A stretch of 26,782 bases of DNA. Origin: Anaerolineae bacterium. Its GTDB lineage: Bacteria; Chloroflexota; Anaerolineae; SpSt-313. The position numbers and the translations under genes were made by a program. Location of the stretch: assembly GCA_034428955.1 (NCBI GenBank), contig DAOUGZ010000300.1, forward strand, positions 1-26,782. The letters are read 5' to 3'. This document shows positions 1 to 7,845 of this stretch, in pieces (position 1 is the first letter of the stretch; the number at the start of each line of letters is the position of its first letter). A model generated the notes under the pieces. That model was not told the origin of the DNA. It ran no database searches and worked only from the letters and a program-made list of their open reading frames with translations.

Positions 1-25
1 CCACTAGTTCTGAGAGGAGCGTGTT

Positions 26-997
26 GTGAAGACGGTTATCTATGGCGCAGGCGCTATCGGCGGGACGATCGGCGGCCACCTGGCTCTGGCCGGGCACGAG
101 GTGGCGCTCATCGGCCGGCCCCGGCATGTTGAGGCCATCCGCGCCCATGGGCTGCGCCTGGTGACGCCCAGCGGCACCCACGATCTGCGCCTGCCGGCTT
201 TTACCTCGCCCCAAGAGGCCGGCCTGCAGCCTGAGGACCCCATCCTGCTGTGTGTAAAGGGGCAAGACACGGAAGGGGCCCTGCGTGACCTGCAAGCGGC
301 GGCTCCGGACGTGCCGGTGTTCTGCGTGCAGAACGGGGTGCGCAACGAAGAGGCCGCCGCGCAGCGCTTTGCGCGCGTCTACGGGGTGATGGTGCGGGTG
401 GGGGGCGTGCACCTGCAACCCGGCGAAGTGATCGCTCGCCGCGACCCGCCGGGCACGCTGGTGTTGGGCCGTTACCCCAACGGAACCGACGCGACGGTAG
501 AGGCGGTGGCCGGGCAGTTGCGAGAAGCCGGCTTTTTGGTGCTCGTATCGCCCGACGTAATGGCCTACAAGTACGGCAAGCTCCTGGCCAACCTGGCCAA
601 CGCCGTCGGGGCCATCACGAATGCCGGCGGGCGCGATGCTGACTATCGGCGAATCGTGGAGGCGGCTGAGCAAGAGGCGCGCAGCTTGCTGGCTCAGGCG
701 GGCATCGCCTGGGTTTCGGACGAGCAGTTGGCGCAGGAGGTGCCCGGGCTCGATGGGCCCGCGCGCGGCCAGGTGGAGGTAGAGGCCGGCAACTCGACCT
801 GGCAGAGCCTGGCCCGGGGCCAGGGCTCGGTAGAGACCGAGTACCTGAACGGCGAGATTGTGCGCCTGGCCGGGGAGTTGAACGCAGAGGCGCCGGTCAA
901 CACCGCCCTCACGCGCATCGCGTTAGAGATGGCCGCCCGGCAAGAACGCCCGGGCAAGCACACCCCGGCCGAGCTGCGCGCTTTGCTGGGCGTGTAG
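26..997 (+). CDS. 2-dehydropantoate 2-reductase (ApbA/PanE) family NAD(P)-dependent oxidoreductase
   Basis: N-terminal Rossmann motif (VIYGAGAIGGTIGGHLALAGHEVALIGR), 323 aa, and family-typical KYGKLLANL region. GTG start at 26 is preceded by GAGAGGAG (12-19). Confidence 0.7.
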   Translation: MKTVIYGAGAIGGTIGGHLALAGHEVALIGRPRHVEAIRAHGLRLVTPSGTHDLRLPAFTSPQEAGLQPEDPILLCVKGQDTEGALRDLQAAAPDVPVFCVQNGVRNEEAAAQRFARVYGVMVRVGGVHLQPGEVIARRDPPGTLVLGRYPNGTDATVEAVAGQLREAGFLVLVSPDVMAYKYGKLLANLANAVGAITNAGGRDADYRRIVEAAEQEARSLLAQAGIAWVSDEQLAQEVPGLDGPARGQVEVEAGNSTWQSLARGQGSVETEYLNGEIVRLAGELNAEAPVNTALTRIALEMAARQERPGKHTPAELRALLGV

Positions 998-1015
998 CGG
1001 CCCTTGCCGGCTGCT

Positions 1016-1264
1016 TCAGCGGCGCCGTCTGCGTCTACCTTGTAGGCGGCTGACGGGTGTGCTGGGGAGGCGCGCATCGGCTTGCCTGCGGTAGACGCCC
1101 TCGATGATGGACGATACGGCCAGGGCAAAGAGCCCGATGCTGAGAAGCCCAACGAACAGGTCAAGGGCACGGATACCGATGGCTATGAGGGCCATGCTGG
1201 CTGCGGCCACGGCCAGCGCCACGGCCTTGAGGGCCAGGGCAGCGAGCGGTTGGGCTATGTTCAC
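1016..1264 (-). CDS. small hydrophobic membrane protein (about 82 aa, two predicted TM segments)
   Basis: GTG start at 1264 sits 5 nt after a GGAGGTGAAGG RBS. GC3 is about 80%. The product is hydrophobic (AALALKAVALAVAAASMALIAIGIRALDLFVGLLSIGLFALAVSSIIEGVY) with an Arg-rich tail. The ORF track extends it upstream to 1426, but that extension has no RBS support. Confidence 0.45.
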   Translation of the reverse strand: MNIAQPLAALALKAVALAVAAASMALIAIGIRALDLFVGLLSIGLFALAVSSIIEGVYRRQADARLPSTPVSRLQGRRRRRR

Positions 1265-1397
1265 GCCTTCACCTCCGATGGTGTGCTCTGCTGTCACCCT
1301 CCCACAGGTTCCAGGAACTGCAACCACAACGGATCTTCCTCGGAAGCCACGATTCCGTCGGCAGAAAAGCCTTTGGAACCTGCGGGGAGCCGATCGC

Positions 1398-1426
1398 ATG
1401 ATAGCATGCGGGCAGGCGCCGGTCAA
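1398..1426 (-). promoter_or_regulatory. sigma70-like promoter (TTGACC-17-TATCAT) for the small membrane protein gene, overlapped by palindrome CGCATG-ATAG-CATGCG
   Basis: On the minus strand TTGACC (plus 1421-1426) is followed by a 17-nt spacer and TATCAT (plus 1398-1403). The -10 is embedded in a 6+4+6 palindrome at 1395-1410. The -35 overlaps the CDF stop codon. Confidence 0.3.
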
Positions 1427-2835
1427 TGCCTTTCCGCTCCCTCTCGGCGCTCGCGCTGCTCGACGCTCACGCTAACCTCGCCCAGGCCGGGCAGGTAGCG
1501 CCGCACGCGCTCCGCCAGGCGCGCAGCGAGAGCCTCCGTCTGCTCTGTTGAGAGCGCCGGATCGCACTCCCAGAGGGCGCTGATGCGCAGCTCGGAGCCG
1601 GCCTGCGAGACGGCCAAGTCGTAGCAATCGTCAGCGTGCTCCATCTCCAGGGCGATCTCGTCCGCGACCGCGCGGACCCGCTGATAGGTGCTTTCATCCG
1701 CTGTCGCTGCTTCCTCCACAGCCCCGCTCCGTTCGACATGGACATCCACATCGGCCAGCTCGGGAATGGCTCGCTGCAGCACCTCCTGCAAGCGCCCTGC
1801 CAGTGCATGCACCTCATCGCCGGAGAGGGGGCGGGCCACCTGCAGGTGTATGGTGGCATACAGGCGGCCGTCGGGTAGGTCGTGGGCTTGCACGCCATAT
1901 ACCCGCGCCTCCGGCAGTTGAGCCGCAGCCTGGCGGAGGCGGTCGTTCAGATCCCGGTGCCTGTCCTCCGGGCCCTCGGCCGGCTCGATGTGCACGACGG
2001 CGTCGTGCAGCCCCTCGATCTCGGCAAAGAGGCGCTGCTCCACGGCATGGGCGATGGCGTGTGCCTGGCGGATGGGCATGCTCGGGGCGACGTGTACGTG
2101 CAGATCGACATAGATCTCGTCGGCCTGGCCCCGGCTACGCACGCGATGCACCGTCTGCACCCCTGGGATGCTCTGGGCGATGCGCTCCACCTCGCGCGGG
2201 TCGATGGCCGCGGCATCGGCCAGCACGCGCGAGCTGTCGCGGATGATCTCCAGGCCGATCCAGGCGATAAAACCGGCGATGAGGATGGCTAGAATGGGGT
2301 CCGCGCGCTCGAGGCCCAGGCGGACGGCGATGAGGCCGGCGACGACGGAGGCGGAGACCAACACATCGGCGCGCGTGTGCAGCGCGTCGGCGATGAGAAT
2401 CTCGCTGCGGTACTCGCGGCCCTTGCGGTACTCATAGACGGCCACATAGCCCTGCACGGCGATGCTGAACAGGGGGGCGGCGAAGGTCAGCGGAGTGACC
2501 GCCGGCGCGATCGGGTTCCGCAGCCGCTCGACAGCGCTCTGCAAGAGCTGCACCGTCGTGCCAAAGATGAGAAAGGCAATGGCCACCGTGGCCAGCGTCT
2601 CAAAGCGGCGGTGGCCGTAGGGGTGGCCGGGATCCGGCGGGCGAGCGGCCACGGCCAGCCCGGCCAGGCCGACGACGTTGGCGGCGCTGTTCAGGAGCGA
2701 ATCAAAGCCGTCTGCGGTCACGCTCAGCGAGCCGCTGAGGAAGCCGATAGCCAGCTTGGCCACCGTCACCAACAGGTTGAGGGCCAGCGTATAGTAGAGA
2801 ACCCGGCGCACCGGCGCGAACCTGGCCATGCGCAA
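1423..2835 (-). CDS. cation diffusion facilitator (CDF) family divalent-metal efflux transporter with extended C-terminus
   Basis: Six-TM CDF core with HxxxD-type motifs (ADALHTRADVL). It is followed by three successive CDF C-terminal-domain-like segments. Start is TTG 2835 or ATG 2829; GAGGGGG lies upstream. Confidence 0.85.
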   Translation of the reverse strand: MRMARFAPVRRVLYYTLALNLLVTVAKLAIGFLSGSLSVTADGFDSLLNSAANVVGLAGLAVAARPPDPGHPYGHRRFETLATVAIAFLIFGTTVQLLQSAVERLRNPIAPAVTPLTFAAPLFSIAVQGYVAVYEYRKGREYRSEILIADALHTRADVLVSASVVAGLIAVRLGLERADPILAILIAGFIAWIGLEIIRDSSRVLADAAAIDPREVERIAQSIPGVQTVHRVRSRGQADEIYVDLHVHVAPSMPIRQAHAIAHAVEQRLFAEIEGLHDAVVHIEPAEGPEDRHRDLNDRLRQAAAQLPEARVYGVQAHDLPDGRLYATIHLQVARPLSGDEVHALAGRLQEVLQRAIPELADVDVHVERSGAVEEAATADESTYQRVRAVADEIALEMEHADDCYDLAVSQAGSELRISALWECDPALSTEQTEALAARLAERVRRYLPGLGEVSVSVEQRERREGAERH

Positions 2836-2893
2836 GCCGCCCCCTCAGGGTAAGGTAAACTATCCCCCAGCCAAAAGCGTGCCAGAGAGCGCG

Positions 2894-3274
2894 TTATTCC
2901 TCGGCGTCGCCCAGTTCACGCAGCAGGGTATCCACCTCGCGGCACAGCACGGGCAAGTCCTCTTGCAACGCGGCTCAGACGATATCATGAGCAATGGCGG
3001 CGTAACCGTGTACCAGGATGTTGCGGAAGGCGATGATTTGCCGGGTATGGCTGATGCGCGCCTGCGGCTCGGGAATCAGCCGCAGCAGTTGGGTCAGTGC
3101 TTCGCCGATAGTGATGAACTGCCGCTCCACCGCCGAACGCAGGATGGCATCGCGCTCGTACTCGGCCAGCGTTTTGCCGTGCGCCGCGACATGCACCAAC
3201 TCGATGGCTTGCTGCATATCGAGCAGATACGCTCGTGGGTCACGTTGGCGCAGGGGCCGGTTAGGCTGCTTCAT
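2894..3274 (-). pseudogene. hepT: HepT-like HEPN toxin (DUF86) interrupted by an in-frame TGA at the conserved Trp codon
   Basis: Rx4HxY motif is present (FRNILVHGYAAIAHDIV). TGA lies at 2975-2977 exactly where the family has DIVW. The same frame continues for 26 more codons (AALQEDLPVLCREVDTLLRELGDAEE) to TAA at 2894-2896, which matches the normal HepT C-terminus. The ATG at 3274 overlaps mntA by 14 nt. Confidence 0.6.
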
Positions 3275-3599
3275 AGAGGGTCACTTCACTTTCGGCAAGG
3301 GCGCGGTGGAAGTAGGAGTTGCGGATTGTCGCGTACTCGGCGAGGTCGATGGGCCTCGCGAAGAGGTCCTCTAGAGCAGACAGCAGGCCAAAGTAGCTCT
3401 CTTTGTGCTGATACGGGTCCAAAGGCGCGAACTCGACGGCAAAGTCGAGGTCGCTGCGGCTCGCGTCAAAGGCCTCGCCGGTAGCCGAGCCAAACAAGGC
3501 CAGACGGCGAACATGGTAATGCCGGCACAGTTGCTCCAGCTCGCTTCGCTTGCCCTCGACCAGGGCGATGACGCTCGTCCTCTTCTCTCGGCGCAACAT
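3261..3599 (-). CDS. mntA: MntA-like minimal nucleotidyltransferase antitoxin
   Basis: GSx(n)DxD motif (LFGSATGEAFDASRSDLDFAVEF). ATG at 3599 is preceded by GAGAGGA. 113 aa. Its 3' end overlaps the hepT start. Confidence 0.75.
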   Translation of the reverse strand: MLRREKRTSVIALVEGKRSELEQLCRHYHVRRLALFGSATGEAFDASRSDLDFAVEFAPLDPYQHKESYFGLLSALEDLFARPIDLAEYATIRNSYFHRALAESEVTLYEAA

Positions 3600-3614
3600 A
3601 GCTGTCCTCTCGGC

Positions 3615-3670
3615 GGTGTAGAATACACCCTCTCCTGACCTATAATAGCCCAGGAGTACAGATATGTCCA
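3615..3670 (-). promoter_or_regulatory. mntA-hepT promoter (TGGACA-17-TATTAT) with 15-bp perfect palindrome GGTGTA-GAA-TACACC between -10 and RBS
   Basis: The minus-strand -35 TGGACA is the reverse complement of plus 3665-3670. The -10 TATTAT is the reverse complement of 3642-3647, with a 17-nt spacer. The palindrome sits at 3615-3629 immediately upstream of the RBS. Confidence 0.45.
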
Positions 3671-3692
3671 GCCACCCGTCCCCTACCCAGGA

Positions 3693-3746
3693 GGGTATTG
3701 GATGGATGGCGTGGTGCTGGGGCCGACCGCCAACCATCCAATACCC
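3693..3746 (-). terminator. stem-loop (13-bp perfect stem GGGTATTGGATGG / CCATCCAATACCC, about 28-nt loop) downstream of the serpin gene
   Basis: A perfect 13-bp inverted repeat at 3693-3705 and 3734-3746 lies between the serpin stop (3811) and the mntA promoter. No U-tract follows. Confidence 0.35.
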
Positions 3747-3810
3747 TCAAAAGAGCCATTCCGGGCATACGCGAAGCACAGAACCCGGAGCCAGGTGGTG
3801 GGTTGCGGCG

Positions 3811-5067
3811 CTAGTTTGGCTCCACAATGCTGCCCATGAACAGGATCGAGCCGGTGATGTTGTTTTGGATGGCGCAGAAGAAGGGCCGGTCGACGACCAT
3901 GGTGAAGGGCTTGTCCGGTGGGGCGCTGCCGGCCCGCACCTCGACGGCAGTGGCCCCGGCCGCTTCGGTGCCCTCTTCATCGACCTGCAGGAAGGTCTTG
4001 TGCTTCACCTCACCGATCCATACCGGCTCCTCAATGGGACAGATGCCGTGGAAATCCGCGCGGTCCTGGTCGAAGGCGATGCCCATGCCCAGGGCGGTGA
4101 GGGCGTCCTTGAGGCCGGCCTCATACTCGACCGTGAAGCGCGGCAGGGTGATCGAACCCTGCTCTCCCGAGAAACCGGCCATCCAGCGCTGCCAGCTCTC
4201 GGCGTTCAGACCATCCAGAAAGGCGTCGAGGCTGGAGGACTCGCCCGGCAAAAAGATGTATAGGCCAAAGCGCCGGTCCTTGTAGGGCAGCTTGATAGCC
4301 TGCAGCCCCTCTTCCTCATAGTAAAGGTAATGGCCGCCCTGGACCATCATCGGCAGGGCCACCGTGCGGCCGTCGGCCAGGTGGAAGGGGCCGGGCTTGG
4401 TGCGCTCGGCGTTGAACGGCTCGTCCCAGGCGCCCTGAAAGTAGACGGCGTTGACCAACACCAGCACGGCCTGAGGATCGAGGCGGTCGAGGATGCTCTC
4501 GATGCGCCCGTTCGTCTGCTTCTTGACCCAGTTGTTGATAGGGCCGGGGCCACGGGCAAAGTCCAGGCTGGTAACCTCGGCGCCATAATAGTCCTTGTCT
4601 GTCTGGATGAACTCGGGCCGGAAGGGAACACCCGTGCGCGCCCAGAGCGAGTTGGCGATGTGCAGTTGGACCTCGGAATCGACCTCGGAGAGGGCAGTGA
4701 TGAGCTCGGCGTTGGCCTGATTGACCTCTTCCATGCTCAGCCCCTGCAGGGCAAGGGCGTCGGCCATGGCCTGGCGTGTCTCGCCCTGGGCGCCGTTGTA
4801 GGTCATGGCCAGAGCCAGCGAGATGCTGAGGGGCGAGATGAAGAGGTTCTTGCCGGCGCCTTCCTTGAGCAATGCGGAGTAGAGATCGAAGGCGAAGCGC
4901 GTGTGGGCGCCGGTGATGGCGTTCTTGGCCTCGGCGGCGACCGGCTCAAAGGTGGCCTGAGGCCGTTGCGCCGCTACGGCCACCGCCGGCGCGGACGCAG
5001 GCGTGCAGGCAGAGGTCAAGAGGATCAGAGCCAGGCCAACGGTGACCAGGGTGTGCTTGCTTGGCAT
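3811..5067 (-). CDS. serpin (serine protease inhibitor) family lipoprotein
   Basis: Serpin motifs are present: FISPLSISLALAMTYNGAQGETR, VNAVYFQGAWDEPF, and the hinge/reactive-centre-loop segment KTFLQVDEEGTEAAGATAVEV. ATG at 5067 follows AAGAGAGG. The N-terminus MPSKHTLVTVGLALILLTSAC is a lipobox signal peptide. Confidence 0.85.
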   Translation of the reverse strand: MPSKHTLVTVGLALILLTSACTPASAPAVAVAAQRPQATFEPVAAEAKNAITGAHTRFAFDLYSALLKEGAGKNLFISPLSISLALAMTYNGAQGETRQAMADALALQGLSMEEVNQANAELITALSEVDSEVQLHIANSLWARTGVPFRPEFIQTDKDYYGAEVTSLDFARGPGPINNWVKKQTNGRIESILDRLDPQAVLVLVNAVYFQGAWDEPFNAERTKPGPFHLADGRTVALPMMVQGGHYLYYEEEGLQAIKLPYKDRRFGLYIFLPGESSSLDAFLDGLNAESWQRWMAGFSGEQGSITLPRFTVEYEAGLKDALTALGMGIAFDQDRADFHGICPIEEPVWIGEVKHKTFLQVDEEGTEAAGATAVEVRAGSAPPDKPFTMVVDRPFFCAIQNNITGSILFMGSIVEPN

Positions 5068-5182
5068 ACACGTACCTCTCTTTCGGACGCGAAACGGAGT
5101 GATGCGGCACACCTATCTGACGCCGGTTGGGGGCCGAAGGTTCCCCCCACGCCGTCAAGGGAGTCCTCCGCGAGACCTGACG

Positions 5183-5251
5183 CACCGATTTCCCTAAAGC
5201 GTCGAGTTATTGCCAGAAGGGAACCTCGAATGGCCATCAGGGAAATCGGTG
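5183..5251. repeat. 13-bp perfect inverted repeat CACCGATTTCCCT ... AGGGAAATCGGTG with 43-nt spacer
   Basis: Read at 5183-5195 and 5239-5251. It lies between the APH-like gene stop (5268) and the serpin start (5067). Confidence 0.5.
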
Positions 5252-5267
5252 TGACGGGTTTCCGACC

Positions 5268-6173
5268 CTACAGCCCCGCCAGCGCCTCGGCACAGTTCAC
5301 AGTCTCATCCCAGATGCGCCCCTCGTCCTCATAGCCCCACCAGGCCGAGAGGACGGCCTGCGCCAGCCCCCAGCCGATGAGCCGTTGCCGGTCAAAGTCG
5401 AGGCGCTCGGCGAGCTGGTCCACCCGGCGGGCGAGGAGGCGGCGGGCATCGGACAGGTTTGCAGGCAACCGGTTGCGCAGGAAGGCGCCCACTTCGTAGG
5501 CGGGCTCGCCGACCACGCCCTTGGGGTCGATGGCCAGCCAGCCCCGGCGCTCGGCGGTGATAATGTTCCAGTGATGCAGGTCGCCGTGTAGGAGAACGGG
5601 CTCAGCTGAGGAGGGGATCAGCTCGGCAAAGAGGCCCTCAGCGCGCTCGACCAGGTTGGGGGGGAAGGGACCGCTGCCGCCATCGAACTCGCAGCGCAGG
5701 CGCCGCATACCCTCGGCCCAATCGGCGACGGTGGGAAAGCTGTGAGCGGCCGGCGCCGGGCGCCAGAGCTGCCGCATGACGTCCGCGGCGATGGCCGTGG
5801 CCCGCTCGTCGTCGGCCACATCCGCCAGAGGCGTGCCCGGGCGCAGCCGCTCCAGGAGCAGAATACCCCGCTCACGGTCGTAGGCCAGCAGGCGAGCGAT
5901 GCCGTGGCCGTCATAGACACGCAGGGCATCGATCTCGGCCAGCAGTTCCGAGTTGGGGATGCCGGCCTTGAGCACGGCTTCGGTGCCATCGGCGCAGGTG
6001 GCCGGCGCGACATAGTTCCAGTAAAGGTCGGCAAAGGGCGGCTGGACGGCGATAGCCCAGCGGCGCTCGCAGGCGGCAATAGTCGCCGTTAGGCGGCGAA
6101 GCCAGCTCGCGCCGGCTTCGCCGTGGACCGTTAGCATCGTGCGGGTGAGGGTCTCAGGGATAGTCCCGCTCAC
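5268..6173 (-). CDS. aminoglycoside phosphotransferase (APH) family kinase, APH(6)/StrB-like
   Basis: Catalytic-loop motif LLHGDLHHWNII (HGDxxxxN) and a downstream D (IDPKG). 301 aa. The GTG start overlaps the flotillin TGA (GTGA). Confidence 0.7.
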   Translation of the reverse strand: MSGTIPETLTRTMLTVHGEAGASWLRRLTATIAACERRWAIAVQPPFADLYWNYVAPATCADGTEAVLKAGIPNSELLAEIDALRVYDGHGIARLLAYDRERGILLLERLRPGTPLADVADDERATAIAADVMRQLWRPAPAAHSFPTVADWAEGMRRLRCEFDGGSGPFPPNLVERAEGLFAELIPSSAEPVLLHGDLHHWNIITAERRGWLAIDPKGVVGEPAYEVGAFLRNRLPANLSDARRLLARRVDQLAERLDFDRQRLIGWGLAQAVLSAWWGYEDEGRIWDETVNCAEALAGL

Positions 6174-7729
6174 GTGCTCTCCATGTCGGCGGTGTCGCTC
6201 GGCGCCTTGACAGAGAGGATGGCCGCGTCAGCTTGGGGCGCAGGCGGCTCTTGGCGCGAGGTGCTCAGGAGAGCGCCGATGCGCGCCAGGATCTGCTCTA
6301 CGTTTTGCTCAAAGAGGGCCTCAGTCTTGGTGTTGATGACGGCGGCCAACTCGGGGATGTCTTTGAGTACGTCGACCACCGGGTTGCCGCCCGGGCCGGA
6401 GCCGTCCTTACCGCTGAACTGGACGATGCGCACGTTCTTGCCGATACCACCGAGGGCCTCGGCGATGGCCCGCGCCTTTTCGACCTCGGCCTGAATCAAG
6501 AGCTGGGCGATGGCCTGGCGCAAGTTAATCTCCCCTTCGGCCGCAGTGGCCTGGGCCAGCTTTTCCTTGCCCTCGGCCTCCGCCAAGAGGTTGGCCCGTG
6601 TGCCCTCGGCCTGCGCCAAGGCGATGGCCCGTTTGCCGTCGGCGTCTGCCAGTGAGGCCGCTCGTTCGCCGTCGGCCTCGGCGTTCTTTAGCGCGCGGTG
6701 CTTCTCTGCCTCAGCGCGGCCCGCGAGTTCCAAGGCTTCGGCTTGGGCGGCGGCCTCTTTGCGTGTGGCCTCGGCCCGGGCTTGGGTGATGATGGTGATC
6801 TTGCGGCTCTCGGCGTCGGCCTCGATCTCAGTGGCCTCTCGCTGGGCGCGAGCCGGTGTGAGCACTTCCACTTCCTGTTGTTGCTGCACCAGAGCGGCGC
6901 GCTTGCGCTGGACCTCTTCCTCCGCCTGTGTCTGGGCCAGGCTGACCGATTTCTGCTTCTGGACCTCGCGCAGCTCCAGAGCCTCGCGCTGCTCCAGGAT
7001 CGAGCGCGCCGTATCCAGCTCGGCCTGTTCGGCCTGCTGCCGCGCCAGGGCGGCTTTGATGCGCGCCTCGCGTTCGGCCTCGGCCTCGGCGATGGTCGCA
7101 TCGCGTTTGATGGCGGCGATGCGCGGCTTGGCCATCGCCTCGAAATAGCCCTGGTCGTCTGTGATCTCTTCGATGCCCATGGAGATCACCTTGACCCCCA
7201 TGGCCGCCATGTCATCGGAGACCAGGTCCTGCACGCTGCGCACAAAGGCGTCGCGGTCGCGGTGCACGTTCTCAACCGTGAGCTGCCCGACAATGGCCCT
7301 AAAGTTGGCGCTGAGCGTCTTCGCCAGCACCTCGATCACCTGTTCCCGGGGCATGCCCAGGAAGGCGCGCGCGGCCGTGATGAGAGCGCGCTGGGTAGAC
7401 TCGATCTGTACCTGGGCTACCCAGTCCAGCTTGATCGGCACGCCGTCCACGGTATAGACCTCATCGCCCTTCTTGACGATAGTCATGGCCGTGAGGTCCA
7501 GGAACTGGAACTCTTCCACGATCGGCCAGACAAAGGTGCCGCCGCCTGTGACCAGGCGCACCCCCATGCGATCTATTGCGCCGTCTTCGCGAAAGGCTGT
7601 CCGTCCGCGCCCATAGAGGACCATGACGCGGTTAGGCGGCACGCGGCGGTAAGTGGGGACAAGCTTGGCAAAGATGAACAGAAAAACGATGGCGCCGATG
7701 ATGCCGAGCACAATCGTTACCGGATTCAT
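6170..7729 (-). CDS. flotillin-like SPFH/Band-7 domain membrane protein (FloT/YuaG-like)
   Basis: N-terminal TM helix (MNPVTIVLGIIGAIVFLFIF), an SPFH domain, and a long Ala/Glu-rich coiled-coil flotillin repeat region. ATG at 7729 is preceded by GGAAAGGAAAAGG. Confidence 0.8.
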   Translation of the reverse strand: MNPVTIVLGIIGAIVFLFIFAKLVPTYRRVPPNRVMVLYGRGRTAFREDGAIDRMGVRLVTGGGTFVWPIVEEFQFLDLTAMTIVKKGDEVYTVDGVPIKLDWVAQVQIESTQRALITAARAFLGMPREQVIEVLAKTLSANFRAIVGQLTVENVHRDRDAFVRSVQDLVSDDMAAMGVKVISMGIEEITDDQGYFEAMAKPRIAAIKRDATIAEAEAEREARIKAALARQQAEQAELDTARSILEQREALELREVQKQKSVSLAQTQAEEEVQRKRAALVQQQQEVEVLTPARAQREATEIEADAESRKITIITQARAEATRKEAAAQAEALELAGRAEAEKHRALKNAEADGERAASLADADGKRAIALAQAEGTRANLLAEAEGKEKLAQATAAEGEINLRQAIAQLLIQAEVEKARAIAEALGGIGKNVRIVQFSGKDGSGPGGNPVVDVLKDIPELAAVINTKTEALFEQNVEQILARIGALLSTSRQEPPAPQADAAILSVKAPSDTADMEST

Positions 7730-7845
7730 GGAGACCTTTTCCTTTCCTGGCATCAGGTAGCCCATCAGGGGCCGGCCGCCCAAGCGGCTGTGGGGTGAGA
7801 GGGCTGGCCATGTTGCTGATGTTATACATCAAGCGGCTCATTCGT

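Noticed and set aside
1082-1498. Plus-strand ORFs 1082-1498 and 1104-1475
   Set aside because: They are antisense to the better-supported small membrane protein gene and its leader. They have no RBS and low-complexity products.
3641-3646. Perfect TATAAT on the plus strand upstream of nothing
   Set aside because: It is the reverse complement of the minus-strand -10 region of the mntA promoter. No plus-strand gene lies downstream, only serpin antisense.
3261-3737. Long form of the MntA ORF (158 aa starting at 3737)
   Set aside because: The N-terminal 46 codons run through the serpin terminator hairpin, the promoter and the operator palindrome. The internal ATG at 3599 has a good RBS and yields a typical 113-aa MntA.
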